Source of the DNA: Eledone cirrhosa
Taxonomy: Eukaryota
DNA: 64,000 nt
Direction: 5' to 3'
NCBI GenBank assembly: GCA_964016885.1
Contig: OZ024743.1
Location: 377,270,001-377,334,000, forward strand
Part shown: positions 32,532-45,200 of the stretch, in pieces
How the letters are laid out: the number at the start of each line of letters is the position of its first letter
Position numbering within the stretch: position 1 is the stretch's first letter
The notes under the pieces: model-generated
Told to the model about the DNA's origin: nothing
The model's input: the letters and a program-made list of their open reading frames with translations, nothing else
Database searches by the model: none
Position numbers and translations under genes: made by a program

Positions 32532-32553
32532 ACACACGCGCGCGCGATAACAA

Positions 32554-33715
32554 TTAACAGTGCTGCCATCGAATGTGGATTTTTAGCCCAGGCAATGATC
32601 TAAAATGTCTTGCACAGAGTTGGCAACCAAAACATTCACTGACAACAGCCGGCTGTGGTTGGAGTTCATGTACTTTTGCATGTAGTTTTAACCCTCCCGC
32701 TGATTTACATTCTCTACCACATGCTTGGCAGGCATAAGGAGTAGCTTCTCCAACAGCAGCCTGGTAGTCAACCACTGGTCTCACTTTATGACTGCGAAGA
32801 TGACTTTCGAGTCCAGCTTTGCTTAGGCAGGGTCTCGCACAGACGCTGCATGTCAGCACCATAGGAGGACCTTCACTGTCTGGAAATGCAACGGTAATGC
32901 TCTTCCTCACATCCCTCTTTACTTTCTCGTATGCGATTCGAGATGCCTCAAAGGCAACTTTCCCTTCATATACAGTCTTTCTCCATTTATTACGATCAGC
33001 AGCAACATTTTCCCATGTATCAGCAGAGATGTTAGCGTCTTTCAAAGAGCCTTTCAATGAATCCTTATGCCTCTTTTTTGGTTTATGTGGAGGTCGTTTT
33101 CTTTTAACTAACTCTCCATAAAAGAGTTGTTTTGGTATTCTAGAATCTTTCATCCTGGCAAGGTGACCACTCCAACGGAGTCGTTGCTTAAGCACAAGAG
33201 CTTCTATACTGTCACATGGAGAGCTTTCCAAAATCTCGACATCACTGATGTGGTTCCTCCAGTGAACGCCATGGATCCGTCTAAGACACATCTGATGGAA
33301 ACGTTTCAACTGTTTAAGGTGGTGTCGATATGTGACCCAGGTCTCGCAGGCATAAAGAAGAGAAGAGAGCACACATGCCTTGTACACCTTTACCTTTGTC
33401 TTCTTGCATGTCTCGCCGACCCCAGAGGCGCCTTTCTAACTTTCCGAAAGCATCACTTGCTTTCCTAATCCTGAGTGGAATTTCATTATCAAGGTTGCTG
33501 TATCGATTGACAGTGCTTCTCAGGTAGACAAACTGATCAACCACTCCAAGTAGTTTACCATACACATAGATGTTTGGTTCACTGTACTGCTTACCAGGGG
33601 CAGGTTGGTACATGATGGTTTTCTTGAGACTGACAGTCAATCCTAGGGCAGTGCAAGCATCAGAAAATGCATTCAAAATATGCTGCATATCACTCTCTGT
33701 GTGCGCCACAACATC
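32554..33715 (-). pseudogene. 5'-truncated RTE-clade (BovB-like) LINE: RT C-half plus three C2H2-type zinc fingers
   Basis: Motifs GLTVSLKKT, FVYL.S, RIRKASDAFGKL, YKACVLSSLLYACETW, LRWSGHLARMKDSRIPKQLFYGEL and DRNKWR. Zinc fingers CSVC..ESHLRSH, CQAC..KLHAKVH and CQLC... There is a frameshift near 33390. Confidence 0.88.
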
Positions 33716-34220
33716 GAGTATGGCCATTGCACGATATACCATTATCAATAATTATTAATTAATTCTATCGTGCAATGCCTGTGCGTGAAGATATTTTTTA
33801 AAGTGAGGAAAGACTGTGCACTGAACCAATCCCACTCCCTGAGCGACAGTAGTTATAACCCGAAAAGAAGAAAAGATCAACATCATCGGTAACTACTGAG
33901 CCGCAGGTTTTATATCGGAGTTATCCCAGTTTCCTGAGTTGCCTTCTCCTAGAAGAACGCCCTGACAAAGGCTATGGGTCCTTCACTCCCAGTGGTTCAA
34001 CCGCGCGGTACATGTGTATATATATATTTACACACTTTTGGATGGCCGTTGACTCTTATGAGTTCTTCCGTCCTTTGTCAGGTTTTGGTTATTGTTCTGC
34101 AGGGTGTCCAAAATCACCCTCCTCTCCAAGTAAACTTGGTGAGGTTTAGTCGCCGACAACTCGACCATGCGACAGGTTGTACTGGGTTACATGTTACCAG
34201 TAGCACTCAATAGTGACCCG
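33713..34220 (-). mobile_element. Non-autonomous RTE-derived element fused, without tail, to the RTE LINE fragment
   Basis: Same 5' end as the 28750 and 32095 copies. The 3' terminal GTGCAATGGCCATACTCGAT runs directly into RT-coding GTTGTGGCGCAC. Confidence 0.7.
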
Positions 34221-34236
34221 ACATACATACATACAT

Positions 34237-35938
34237 GGTGGCTGCCAACTCGTTTTCGAGTACGGCCAGTACTTTATATCCATGTAGGAGAACCCCTACC
34301 GATGCGCTGAACGAGTGTGACTTTTTAGTCCAGCCAGCGACTTGAAAACTCTGGTACAAACACTACACTTGTGACAATTACTGACACATAGTGCTGGGCC
34401 CATGGTACCATGTGACGACAAGTGCAGAGAGATCTCCAGATATAAAGCAATACCTGTGCCGTGAAGCTTTTATAGTGAGCAAAGGCACTGCACAAAGCCA
34501 GTCCCACTCTCTTAACCAAGATGATATTTACCAAAAAGAAGAACAAGTCAACATCATTGGATACCATCAGAGTTGCAGGTGTTATATCAGAGTTTTCCTT
34601 CTCCTAGAATTCTGCCTTGACAAAGGCTAAGGGGTCATCTCTCCCGGTGATTTTGGATGGCCATTGACTCTTAAGAGCTCCTTTGCCCTTTGACAGGTTT
34701 TGTTTTTAGTCCTGCAGGATGTCCAAAGTCACCCTCCAAGTCACATACATACATACATACATACATACATACACACATACATACATACATACATACATAC
34801 ATACATACATACATACATACATACATACATACATACATACATACATACATACATACATACATACATACATACATGGTGGCTGCCAGCTCGTTTTCGAGTA
34901 TGGCCACTACTTTATATCCATGTAGGAGAACCCCTACCGATGCGCTGAACGAGTGTGACTTTTTAGTCCAGCCAGTGACTTGAAAACTCTGGTACAAACG
35001 CTACACTTGTGACAATTATTGACACATAGTGCTGGGCCCATGGTACCATGTGACGACAAGTGCAGAGAGATTTCCAGATATAAAGCAATGCCTGTGCCGT
35101 GAAGCTTTTATAGTGAGCAAAGGCACTGCACAAAGCCAGTCCCACTCTCTTAACCAAGATGATATTTACCAAAAAGAAGAACAAGTCAACATCATTGGAT
35201 ACCATCAGAGTTGCAGGTGTTATATCAGAGTTTTCCTTCTCCTAGAATTCTGCCTTGACAAAGGCTAAGGGGTCATCTCTCCCGGTGATTTTGGATGGCC
35301 ATTGACTCTTAAGAGCTCCTTTGCCCTTTGACAGGTTTTGTTTTTAGTCCTGCAGGATGTCCAAAGTCACCCTCTAAGTCACATACATACATACATACAT
35401 ACATACACACATACATACATACATACATACATACATACATACATACATACATACATACATACATACATACATACATACATGGTGGCTGCCAACTCGTTTT
35501 CGAGTATGGCCACTACTTTATATCCATGTAGGAGAACCCCTACCGATGCGCTGAACGAATGTGACTTTAGTCCAGCCAGTGACTTGTAAACTCTGGTACA
35601 AACACTACACTTGTGACAATTATTGACACATAGTGCTGGGCCCATGGTACCATGTGACGACAAGTGCAGAGAGATCTCCAGATATAAAGCAATGCCTGTG
35701 CCTTTGTTCACTATAAAAGCTTCACATACATACATACATACATACATACATACATACATACATACATACATACATACATGACGGCTGCCCCTTCGATATC
35801 GAGTAAGGCCATTGCACAATATAACATTATTAATAATTATTAATGCTATCGTGCAATGCCTGTGCGTGAAGATTTTTTTGGGGATGGTAAGACTGTGCAC
35901 TAAGCCAACCCACTCTCTAAGCGACAGTAGTTATAATC
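34237..35938 (-). repeat. Head-to-tail array of RTE-derived elements separated by (ACAT)n: 34237-34742, 34875-35380, 35481-35724, 35780-35938
   Basis: The first two copies are near-identical with a 638-bp period and the same 5' truncation. The third ends in an inverted segment. The fourth belongs to the 33713-type subfamily. Confidence 0.85.
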
Positions 35939-36085
35939 CCTCTCTATATCTATTACACGGAACTCTCTTCCAATCCCTCTCTATATATTAATTAACACCA
36001 AACTCTCCCCCTCTCTATATCTAATAATATACAACACACTCTCCCAACCTTCCTCTCTATATTAGTTACTACCAAACTCTCCCCT

Positions 36086-36116
<31 letters not shown>

Positions 36117-36408
36117 CCCATCTGTCTCTACATAACATGTACATAAATTGTAGCACATTTACAAATAGATGTGTGTTTTGGAATTTGGGGAAAAAATATA
36201 ATTATTGGAGGAGGGATCATGCCCCCTCCTATCCCAACCCACACCGCCTCACCTCACCAGACCCACCGCCCCTGACATATATTTATAGAGATTAGTGTAG
36301 TTAATACGAAGCATTGTGAGATTATGAGATATGTAGTAAAAGCGGATAATTTTCAAAAAACCCTTCGTATCTTTCTACCACATTGTACCAGCTTTTTTGA
36401 AAATGATA

Positions 36409-36464
<56 letters not shown>

Positions 36465-36478
36465 GTATATATATATAA

Positions 36479-36532
<54 letters not shown>

Positions 36533-36556
36533 AAGATCCATTAGAGGCGAAACATA

Positions 36557-36884
36557 CAGTTGTCCCCCGGTACTCGCTAGGGTTACGTTCCTAGAGCACC
36601 CGCGAAGAGTGAAAAACCGCGAATTTTTGGACGTGGTCCATAAAGGTGCTTATAAACGTCAAAGCATAACATAAAATATAGGCCGGCAAATACGGCATAT
36701 TTTTATTAATAATTTAATGTTAAAAAGCGTGAAAAAATATATATTGCCATGAAAAAAGCCATTAAAAATCGCGAAAGATATTTACGATTCCGCGAATATA
36801 CGGTGGTTTCCACGAACAGTTATTACTAAGGATCTATGGGAAATTTCGTGAATAACCAGGACCGTGAATGCCGGGGGTACACAG
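36557..36884. mobile_element. Tc1/mariner (pogo/Tigger-like) MITE
   Basis: TA|CAGTTGTCCCCCGGTACTCGC ... GTGAATGCCGGGGGTACACAG|TA: imperfect TIRs with a TA target duplication. Confidence 0.7.
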
Positions 36885-37125
36885 TATATATATATGTCTG
36901 TGTGTATGTGTGTGTATGTATGTATGTGTGTGTGTGAATATGTATTATGTGTGTGTATGAGTGTGTATGTGTGAGTGTGTTTGCAGATATGTAGAGTCTG
37001 GAACCAGCTGCTTAAACAACAATACCTCGAGTCCCGAATCTTTATACTATAACCATACTCTACAACCCCAAGTATCGAGTACTCTGGTGAGTAATGGTCT
37101 AACCAGTTTCAAATTAAATCCATTC

Positions 37126-37150
<25 letters not shown>

Positions 37151-37156
<6 letters not shown>

Positions 37157-37609
37157 TAAGTATGTATACGTACATACATATATGCATACAGACGTACAGT
37201 AGTATGTATATACATACATACATGCACACATATATATATGTACGTATGGGTTTACCGAACATTTATTATAATGTTCGGTTTGTTTGTAAACAAACAGTCC
37301 GAACTAAGCCGTACAGTGTTCGGCAACTATCGTTGCCCTTTTGTTCAACACTGACAAAGGAACGATGATAGCTAATAAGCTAGAAACTAGTTCATCGTTC
37401 CTTTGTCAGTGTTGAACAAAATGGCAACGATGGTTGCCGAACAATGTACGGCTTAATTCGGGCTGTTTGTTTACAAACAAACCGAACATTATAATAAATG
37501 TTCGGTAAACCCATACGTACATATATATATGTGTGCATGTATGTATGTATATACATACTACTGTACGTCTGTATGCATATATGTATGTACGTATACATAC
37601 TTATATTTA
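37151..37609. repeat. Near-perfect palindrome: ~218-bp arms, ~23-bp spacer
   Basis: 37151-37368 is the reverse complement of 37392-37609 with about 5 mismatches. Confidence 0.92.
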
Positions 37610-38059
37610 AGTATCAGCCGTACTAACAGTGAGAAATGAAATTTCATTTTTTCCATATATATATATATATACATTAAAACAACAGAACGCCGGACTGGAA
37701 AATTTACTTTAGAATTTTAATTCCACGAAAGTATTATAGATATTTCGATGCCCCAGCTCTTTCATCCGATTAAGATGCAAGACTAAGCGATTTCCTCAGG
37801 TGTTATTTGTAAAATTCTGTAATAGTATTAAGTTAAAAACAAACATAGAACAGAAGATAGAAAATAATAACAAAATCCGATTCGGGGACAGTCAGCTAAT
37901 TTGGTGTTATATCGACAACAGAGGGTCCACGGATATATATATATATATATTAAAATCATTAAGTCACTTTTGATATTTTCTAGCCATATATATATATATT
38001 TGTGTGTGTATGTATATGTATATATATATATATTTATATATATATATTTATATATATAA

Positions 38060-38150
<91 letters not shown>

Positions 38151-38152
<2 letters not shown>

Positions 38153-38580
38153 CAAAGGAATTGTAGTAAGGAACCAGATGGACCATTACGCACCAGAGTA
38201 CTCAATACTTAGGGTAGTAGAGTGGGAATAGGGAAAAGTATGACCCCGACGGCAGAGCTCAAGCCGTTTCGACGGGTATTTCTGGACTCAAAGCTTGAAA
38301 CTAGTACAGCGTTCCTTTGTCAGTGTTGAACAAACGAGCAACGATGGTTGCTGGACACTACGGCTTAATACGGGATGTTTGTTTACAAACACACCGAGCA
38401 TTATAATAAATGTTCGGTGAATCCATACGTACATATATATATATGTGTGCATGTATGTATATATATATATATACATACTACTGTACGTCTGTATACATAT
38501 ATGTATGTACGTGTACATACTTATATTTAAGTAACAGCCGTACTAAGAGTGGGAAATGAAATTTCGTTTCATTTTTTCCG
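38151..38580. mobile_element. PLE-like end joined to a third, more diverged copy of the palindrome arm
   Basis: 38151-38210 matches 10834-10890, and 38291-38575 matches 37377-37655. Confidence 0.65.
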
Positions 38581-38629
38581 TTTATATATATATATATTTA
38601 TTAAAATAACAGATTATTATTATTACTAC

Positions 38630-39890
<1,261 letters not shown>

Positions 39891-40114
39891 ATCCTCATGT
39901 TTCTCTTTCTTCTCTTTGTCTTACATCTGTCCATTAGCAAATATGTTTCCGTTCCTTGAAAATATCTCTATTGTATTAGTATTCTAAGAACCGGTTTTTC
40001 TTCCTTTCATTACGACCGTTCTTTTGAACAAACTAAAAACAACTACAAAAAATCTTGATAGCCTTTAATTTACAGAAATATTACGAGATGTTACCTTACA
40101 GTGAATTTTATATT

Positions 40115-40511
40115 TATTATTATTATATTTTGTTGTTGTTGTTGTTGTTCGTGGTGTTACTGTTGTTGCTGCTGCTGTTGTTGTTTTGGTGTTTGTTGTT
40201 AATATTATTTTTAACATCATCATCAGCATCATTATCGTCATTATTGCTGTTGTTCTTGTTTTTTGTTATTATTAGAATTACAGAAATCATCATTATTATT
40301 AACATCATCATCATCATCATAATGATGATGATGATGTTGATGGTCATTATCATTATTATCTGTATTGCTATTGTTGTTATTACCATTTGTATTATTATTG
40401 TATTGTTATTATTATTATTGTTGTTGTTGTTGTTATTATTGTTGTTGTTATTATCATTATTATTGTTGTTGTTGTTGTAATTATTATTATTATTGTTATT
40501 ATCATTATCAA

Positions 40512-40542
<31 letters not shown>

Positions 40543-40545
40543 ATT
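40115..40545. repeat. Mixed trinucleotide tract (TTG/TTA/ATC)n
   Basis: Visible simple repeats. Confidence 0.9.
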
Positions 40546-41739
40546 TCATCCCACTCTTTTGGCAGCTTAGTATCATTCAAAGTAAAGTATTGAGTTTATT
40601 CCAACATATATGTATGATTTTATCTATTTATATATTTATTTATAGATTTTTTTTTTCTTTTTATAACAAACAAAATATTAATTGCATTAAAATACTAGAT
40701 ACGTTCAATAAAAAGAATCACACCCCCTTATTCTTTTGATCCTTGGCAAGAGGGAGGAAAAACAGTGCAGTATCGCCATTGTTGATGCAAATGCATGCAC
40801 ACTAGTATCGGATTGTAAGACAGAAAGCTTTTATTTGCAGGAGGCCGGTCACAGGGAGAAGAAAAAGACCTGTTTCAAGTGGTTTTCTCTGTCATCACTT
40901 CCAATCAAAAAAGAATCATGCATTTAGTATCAGTTAAGGAGTCCTATGACTGGCTCTATTTCTGAAGTAACCCTAATCTTTTAATAGAACATTATGCAAG
41001 ACAAATCTTTTTGTCTATCTTTATAAGACATTTTAATTTCTGATTCGAATCATCAAAGAGAAATATTGGAGCCTATATAATCTGACAGATCTTCTCGCTA
41101 CATTTCTAATAAATAATAACACACCATCGATATTCTTTTGTTCTAGCAGGTCAAAATGAAATGGCGGCGGTTTTTTCTATCTTCCTTTTTTTCCTTTCTA
41201 TCTTCCTTTTTTTTCTTTCTTTTTTTCTTTCCATGATTTTTCTTCATATTTTATTAATGTAATTTCAATATTTGCTCCGCTTCAGTTCCAGCCATTTTTA
41301 TCTATGTTCACATATTTTCTACTTAATTTATTCATGAATAATAGGATATGCAAATTCTAAAAGTGGAGAATATATTCCAATGATTCTCTTAGTATTTTTC
41401 TCAGCTTTTTATTATATATACATATATATATATATGTATATATATATATTTAATATTTATAGCAAAACGTACAACCAATGGCGTTGCTATCTTTATCGCT
41501 TTCGCTTTTAATAAATATGGATTCTAGTTGCTTTAATGTCTTCTCTCTCTAAGCCGCCGCCTTCCACTCTATCATTGCGTGTTCTCTTTCATTTACCTTC
41601 CATGTTTGTTTTACTTTGTTTTTTAGTTTGTGTTTTTCATGTATATGTTTTTGTTTTGTTTTTTGTGTTATTTATTTACTTACCTTATATCAGATAGAAT
41701 ATAATATTTATTGGTGCATCAGTCAAAACGCTTGCTTCT

Positions 41740-42055
41740 GTTGCTGTTGTTGCTGCTATTGCTGTTGATATTGCTGTGGTTGCTGCTGTTGTTGCTGCTG
41801 TTGCTGTAGCCATTGTTGCTGGTGATAATGATACTGATACTGTTGTTGCTGTTGCTGCTGTTGCTACTATTACTGTTGTTGCCCTTGTCGCTGCTGTTGT
41901 TATATTGGTTGTTGTTGTTGTTGTTGTTGCTGTCGTTTTTGTTTTGCTGTTATTGTTGCTGTTGTTACTGCTGTTACTGTTGTTATTAATACTGCTTTGG
42001 TTACTGTCGTTTCTGTTGCCGTCATTGCGACTGTTGTTGGTGCTGTCGCTGTTAC

Positions 42056-42088
<33 letters not shown>

Positions 42089-42180
42089 GGAGGAGGAGGA
42101 GGAGGAGGAGGAGGAGGGGGAGGAGGAGGAGGAGGTAATGGTGCTGTTGTTATTATGGATGGTGGTGGTGTTGGTGATAG
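41740..42180. repeat. Mixed trinucleotide tract (TTG/CTG)n, (GAT)n, (GAG)n leading into the satellite
   Basis: Visible simple repeats. Confidence 0.88.
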
Positions 42181-42270
42181 TAGAACCATTACAGATGTAT
42201 AACAGAGATACTCAGTTCAAAGCTCACTGTGGTTATACCATTCACTAATAGTTGACTGTTTACTGTTTAT

Positions 42271-45200
42271 TGTTCTGCTGTTGTGCTGTTGTGTTGTTGT
42301 GCTGTTGTGCTGTTGTGCTGTTGTGCTGTTGTGCTGTTGTGTTGTTGTGCTGTTGTGCTGTTGTGCTGTTGTGCTGTTGTGTTGTTGCACTGTTGTACTG
42401 TTGTGCTGTTGTGCTGTTGTGCTGTTGTGCTGTTGTGCTGTTGTGCTGTTGTGCTGTTGTGTTGTTGTGCTGTTGTGCTGTTCTGCTGTTGTGCTGTTGT
42501 GTTGTTGTGCTGTTGTGCTGTTGTGTTGTTGTGCTGTTGTGCTGTTGTGCTGTTGTGCTGTTGTGTTGTTGTGCTGTTGTGCTGTTGTGCTGTTGTGCTG
42601 TTGTGCTGTTGTGTTGTTGTGCTGTTGTGCTGTTGTGCTGTTGTGCTGTTGTGTTGTTGTGCTGTTGCACTGTTGTACTGTTGTGCTGTTGTGCTGTTGT
42701 GCTGTTGTGCTGTTGTGCTGTTGTGCTGTTGTGCTGTTGTGTTGTTGTGCTGTTGCACTGTTGTACTGTTGTGCTGTTGTGCTGTTGTGCTGTTGTGTTG
42801 TTGTGCTGTTGTGCTGTTGTGTTGTTGTGCTGTTGTGTTGTTGTGCTGTTGTGCTGTTGTGCTGTTGTGTTGTTGTGCTGTTGTGCTGTTGTGCTGTTGT
42901 GCTGTTGTGCTGTTGTGCTGTTGTGTTGTTGTGCTGTTGTGTTGTTGTGCTGTTGTGCTGTTGTGCTGTTGTGTTGTTGTGCTGTTGTGCTGTTGTGCTG
43001 TTGTGCTGTTGTGCTGTTGTGCTGTTGTGCTGTTGTGCTGTTGTGCTGTTGTGCTGTTGTGTTGTTGTGCTGTTGTGCTGTTGTGCTGTTGTGCTGTTGT
43101 GTTGTTGTGCTGTTGTGCTGTTGTGCTGTTGTGCTGTTGTGCTGTTGTGTTGTTGTGCTGTTGTGCTGTTGTGCTGTTGTGCTGTTGTGTTGTTGTGCTG
43201 TTGTGCTGTTGTGCTGTTGTGTTGTTGTGCTGTTGTGCTGTTGTGCTGTTGTGCTGTTGTGCTGTTGTGTTGTTGTGCTGTTGTGCTGTTGTGCTGTTGT
43301 GCTGTTGTGCTGTTGTGTTGTTGTGCTGTTGTGCTGTTGTGCTGTTGTGCTGTTGTGCTGTTGTGTTGTTGTGCTGTTGTGCTGTTGTGCTGTTGTGCTG
43401 TTGTGCTGTTGTGCTGTTGTGTTGTTGTGCTGTTGTGTTGTTGTGCTGTTGTGCTGTTGTGCTGTTGTGTTGTTGTGCTGTTGTGCTGTTGTGCTGTTGT
43501 GCTGTTGTGCTGTTGTGCTGTTGTGCTGTTGTGCTGTTGTGCTGTTGTGCTGTTGTGTTGTTGTGCTGTTGTGCTGTTGTGCTGTTGTGCTGTTGTGTTG
43601 TTGTGCTGTTGTGCTGTTGTGCTGTTGTGCTGTTGTGCTGTTGTGTTGTTGTGCTGTTGTGCTGTTGTGTTGTTGTGCTGTTGTGCTGTTGTGCTGTTGT
43701 GCTGTTGTGTTGTTGTGCTGTTGTGCTGTTGTGCTGTTGTGCTGTTGTGCTGTTGTGTTGTTGTGCTGTTGTGCTGTTGTGCTGTTGTGCTGTTGTGTTG
43801 TTGTGCTGTTGCACTGTTGTACTGTTGTGCTGTTGTGCTGTTGTGCTGTTGTGCTGTTGTGCTGTTGTGCTGTTGTGTTGTTGTGCTGTTGCACTGTTGT
43901 ACTGTTGTGCTGTTGTGCTGTTGTGCTGTTGTGTTGTTGTGCTGTTGTGCTGTTGTGTTGTTGTGCTGTTGTGTTGTTGTGCTGTTGTGCTGTTGTGCTG
44001 TTGTGTTGTTGTGCTGTTGTGCTGTTGTGCTGTTGTGCTGTTGTGCTGTTGTGCTGTTGTGTTGTTGTGCTGTTGTGTTGTTGTGCTGTTGTGCTGTTGT
44101 GCTGTTGTGTTGTTGTGCTGTTGTGCTGTTGTGCTGTTGTGCTGTTGTGCTGTTGTGCTGTTGTGCTGTTGTGCTGTTGTGCTGTTGTGCTGTTGTGTTG
44201 TTGTGCTGTTGTGCTGTTCTGCTGTTGTGCTGTTGTGTTGTTGTGCTGTTGTGCTGTTGTGTTGTTGTGCTGTTGTGCTGTTGTGCTGTTGTGCTGTTGT
44301 GTTGTTGTGCTGTTGTGCTGTTGTGCTGTTGTGCTGTTGTGCTGTTGTGTTGTTGTGCTGTTGTGCTGTTGTGCTGTTGTGCTGTTGTGCTGTTGTGCTG
44401 TTGTGCTGTTGTGCTGTTGTGTTGTTGTGCTGTTGTGCTGTTGTGTTGTTGTGCTGTTGTGCTGTTCTGCTGTTGTGCTGTTGTGTTGTTGTGCTGTTGT
44501 GCTGTTGTGTTGTTGTGCTGTTGTGCTGTTGTGCTGTTGTGCTGTTGTGTTGTTGTGCTGTTGTGTTGTTGTGCTGTTGTGCTGTTGTGCTGTTGTAATG
44601 TTGTACTGTTGTACTGTTGTGCTGTTGTGCTGTTGTGCTGTTGTGCTGTTGTACTGTTGTACTGTTGTGCTGTTGTACTGTTGTACTGTTGTACTGTTGT
44701 GCTGTTGTGTTGTTGTGCTGTTGTGCTGTTGTGCTGTTGTGCTGTTGTGCTGTTGTGCTGTTGTGCTGTTGTGCTGTTGCACTGTTGTACTGTTGTGCTG
44801 TTGTACTGTTGTGCTGTTGTACTGTTGTGCTGTTGTGCTGTTGTGCTGTTGTGCTGTTGTACTGTTGTGCTGTTGTAATGTTGTACTGTTGTACTGTTGT
44901 GCTGTTGTGTTGTTGTGTTGTTGTACTGTTGTACTGTTGTGCTGTTGTGCTGTTGTTCTGTTGTGCTGTTGTACTGTTGTGCTGTTGTGCTGTTGTGCTG
45001 TTGTACTGTTGTACTGTTGTACTGTTGTGCTGTTGTGTTGTTGTGCTGTTGTACTGTTGTACTGTTGTGCTGTTGTGTTGTTGTGCTGTTGCACTGTTGT
45101 ACTGTTGTACTGTTGTGCTGTTGTGTTGTTGTACTGTTGTACTGTTGTGCTGTTGTGCTGTTGTGCTGTTGTACTGTTGTACTGTTGTACTGTTGTACTG

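Noticed and set aside
34237-35938. CRISPR-like alternation of repeats and spacers
   Set aside because: The spacers are near-identical ~500-bp retroelement copies and the repeats are microsatellites. The context is eukaryotic and there are no cas genes.
37377-37420. Helitron-like 3' end (hairpin then CTAG|T on the minus strand)
   Set aside because: Homology with the 38291 copy continues past the CTAG, so it is probably not a terminus. No matching 5' TC end was identified.
37730-37805. Possible hammerhead CTGAGGA...GAAATATCTATA (minus strand)
   Set aside because: Stem I cannot form. At best this is a decayed relic.
38243-38293. GAAAC-GGC..GCC-GUC hammerhead-like stem III (minus strand)
   Set aside because: The CUGANGA core is absent (CUUUGA) and stem II is poor.
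41134-41175. Pyrimidine tract + AG followed by ATGGCGGCG (possible exon start)
   Set aside because: No sustained reading frame or donor site follows.
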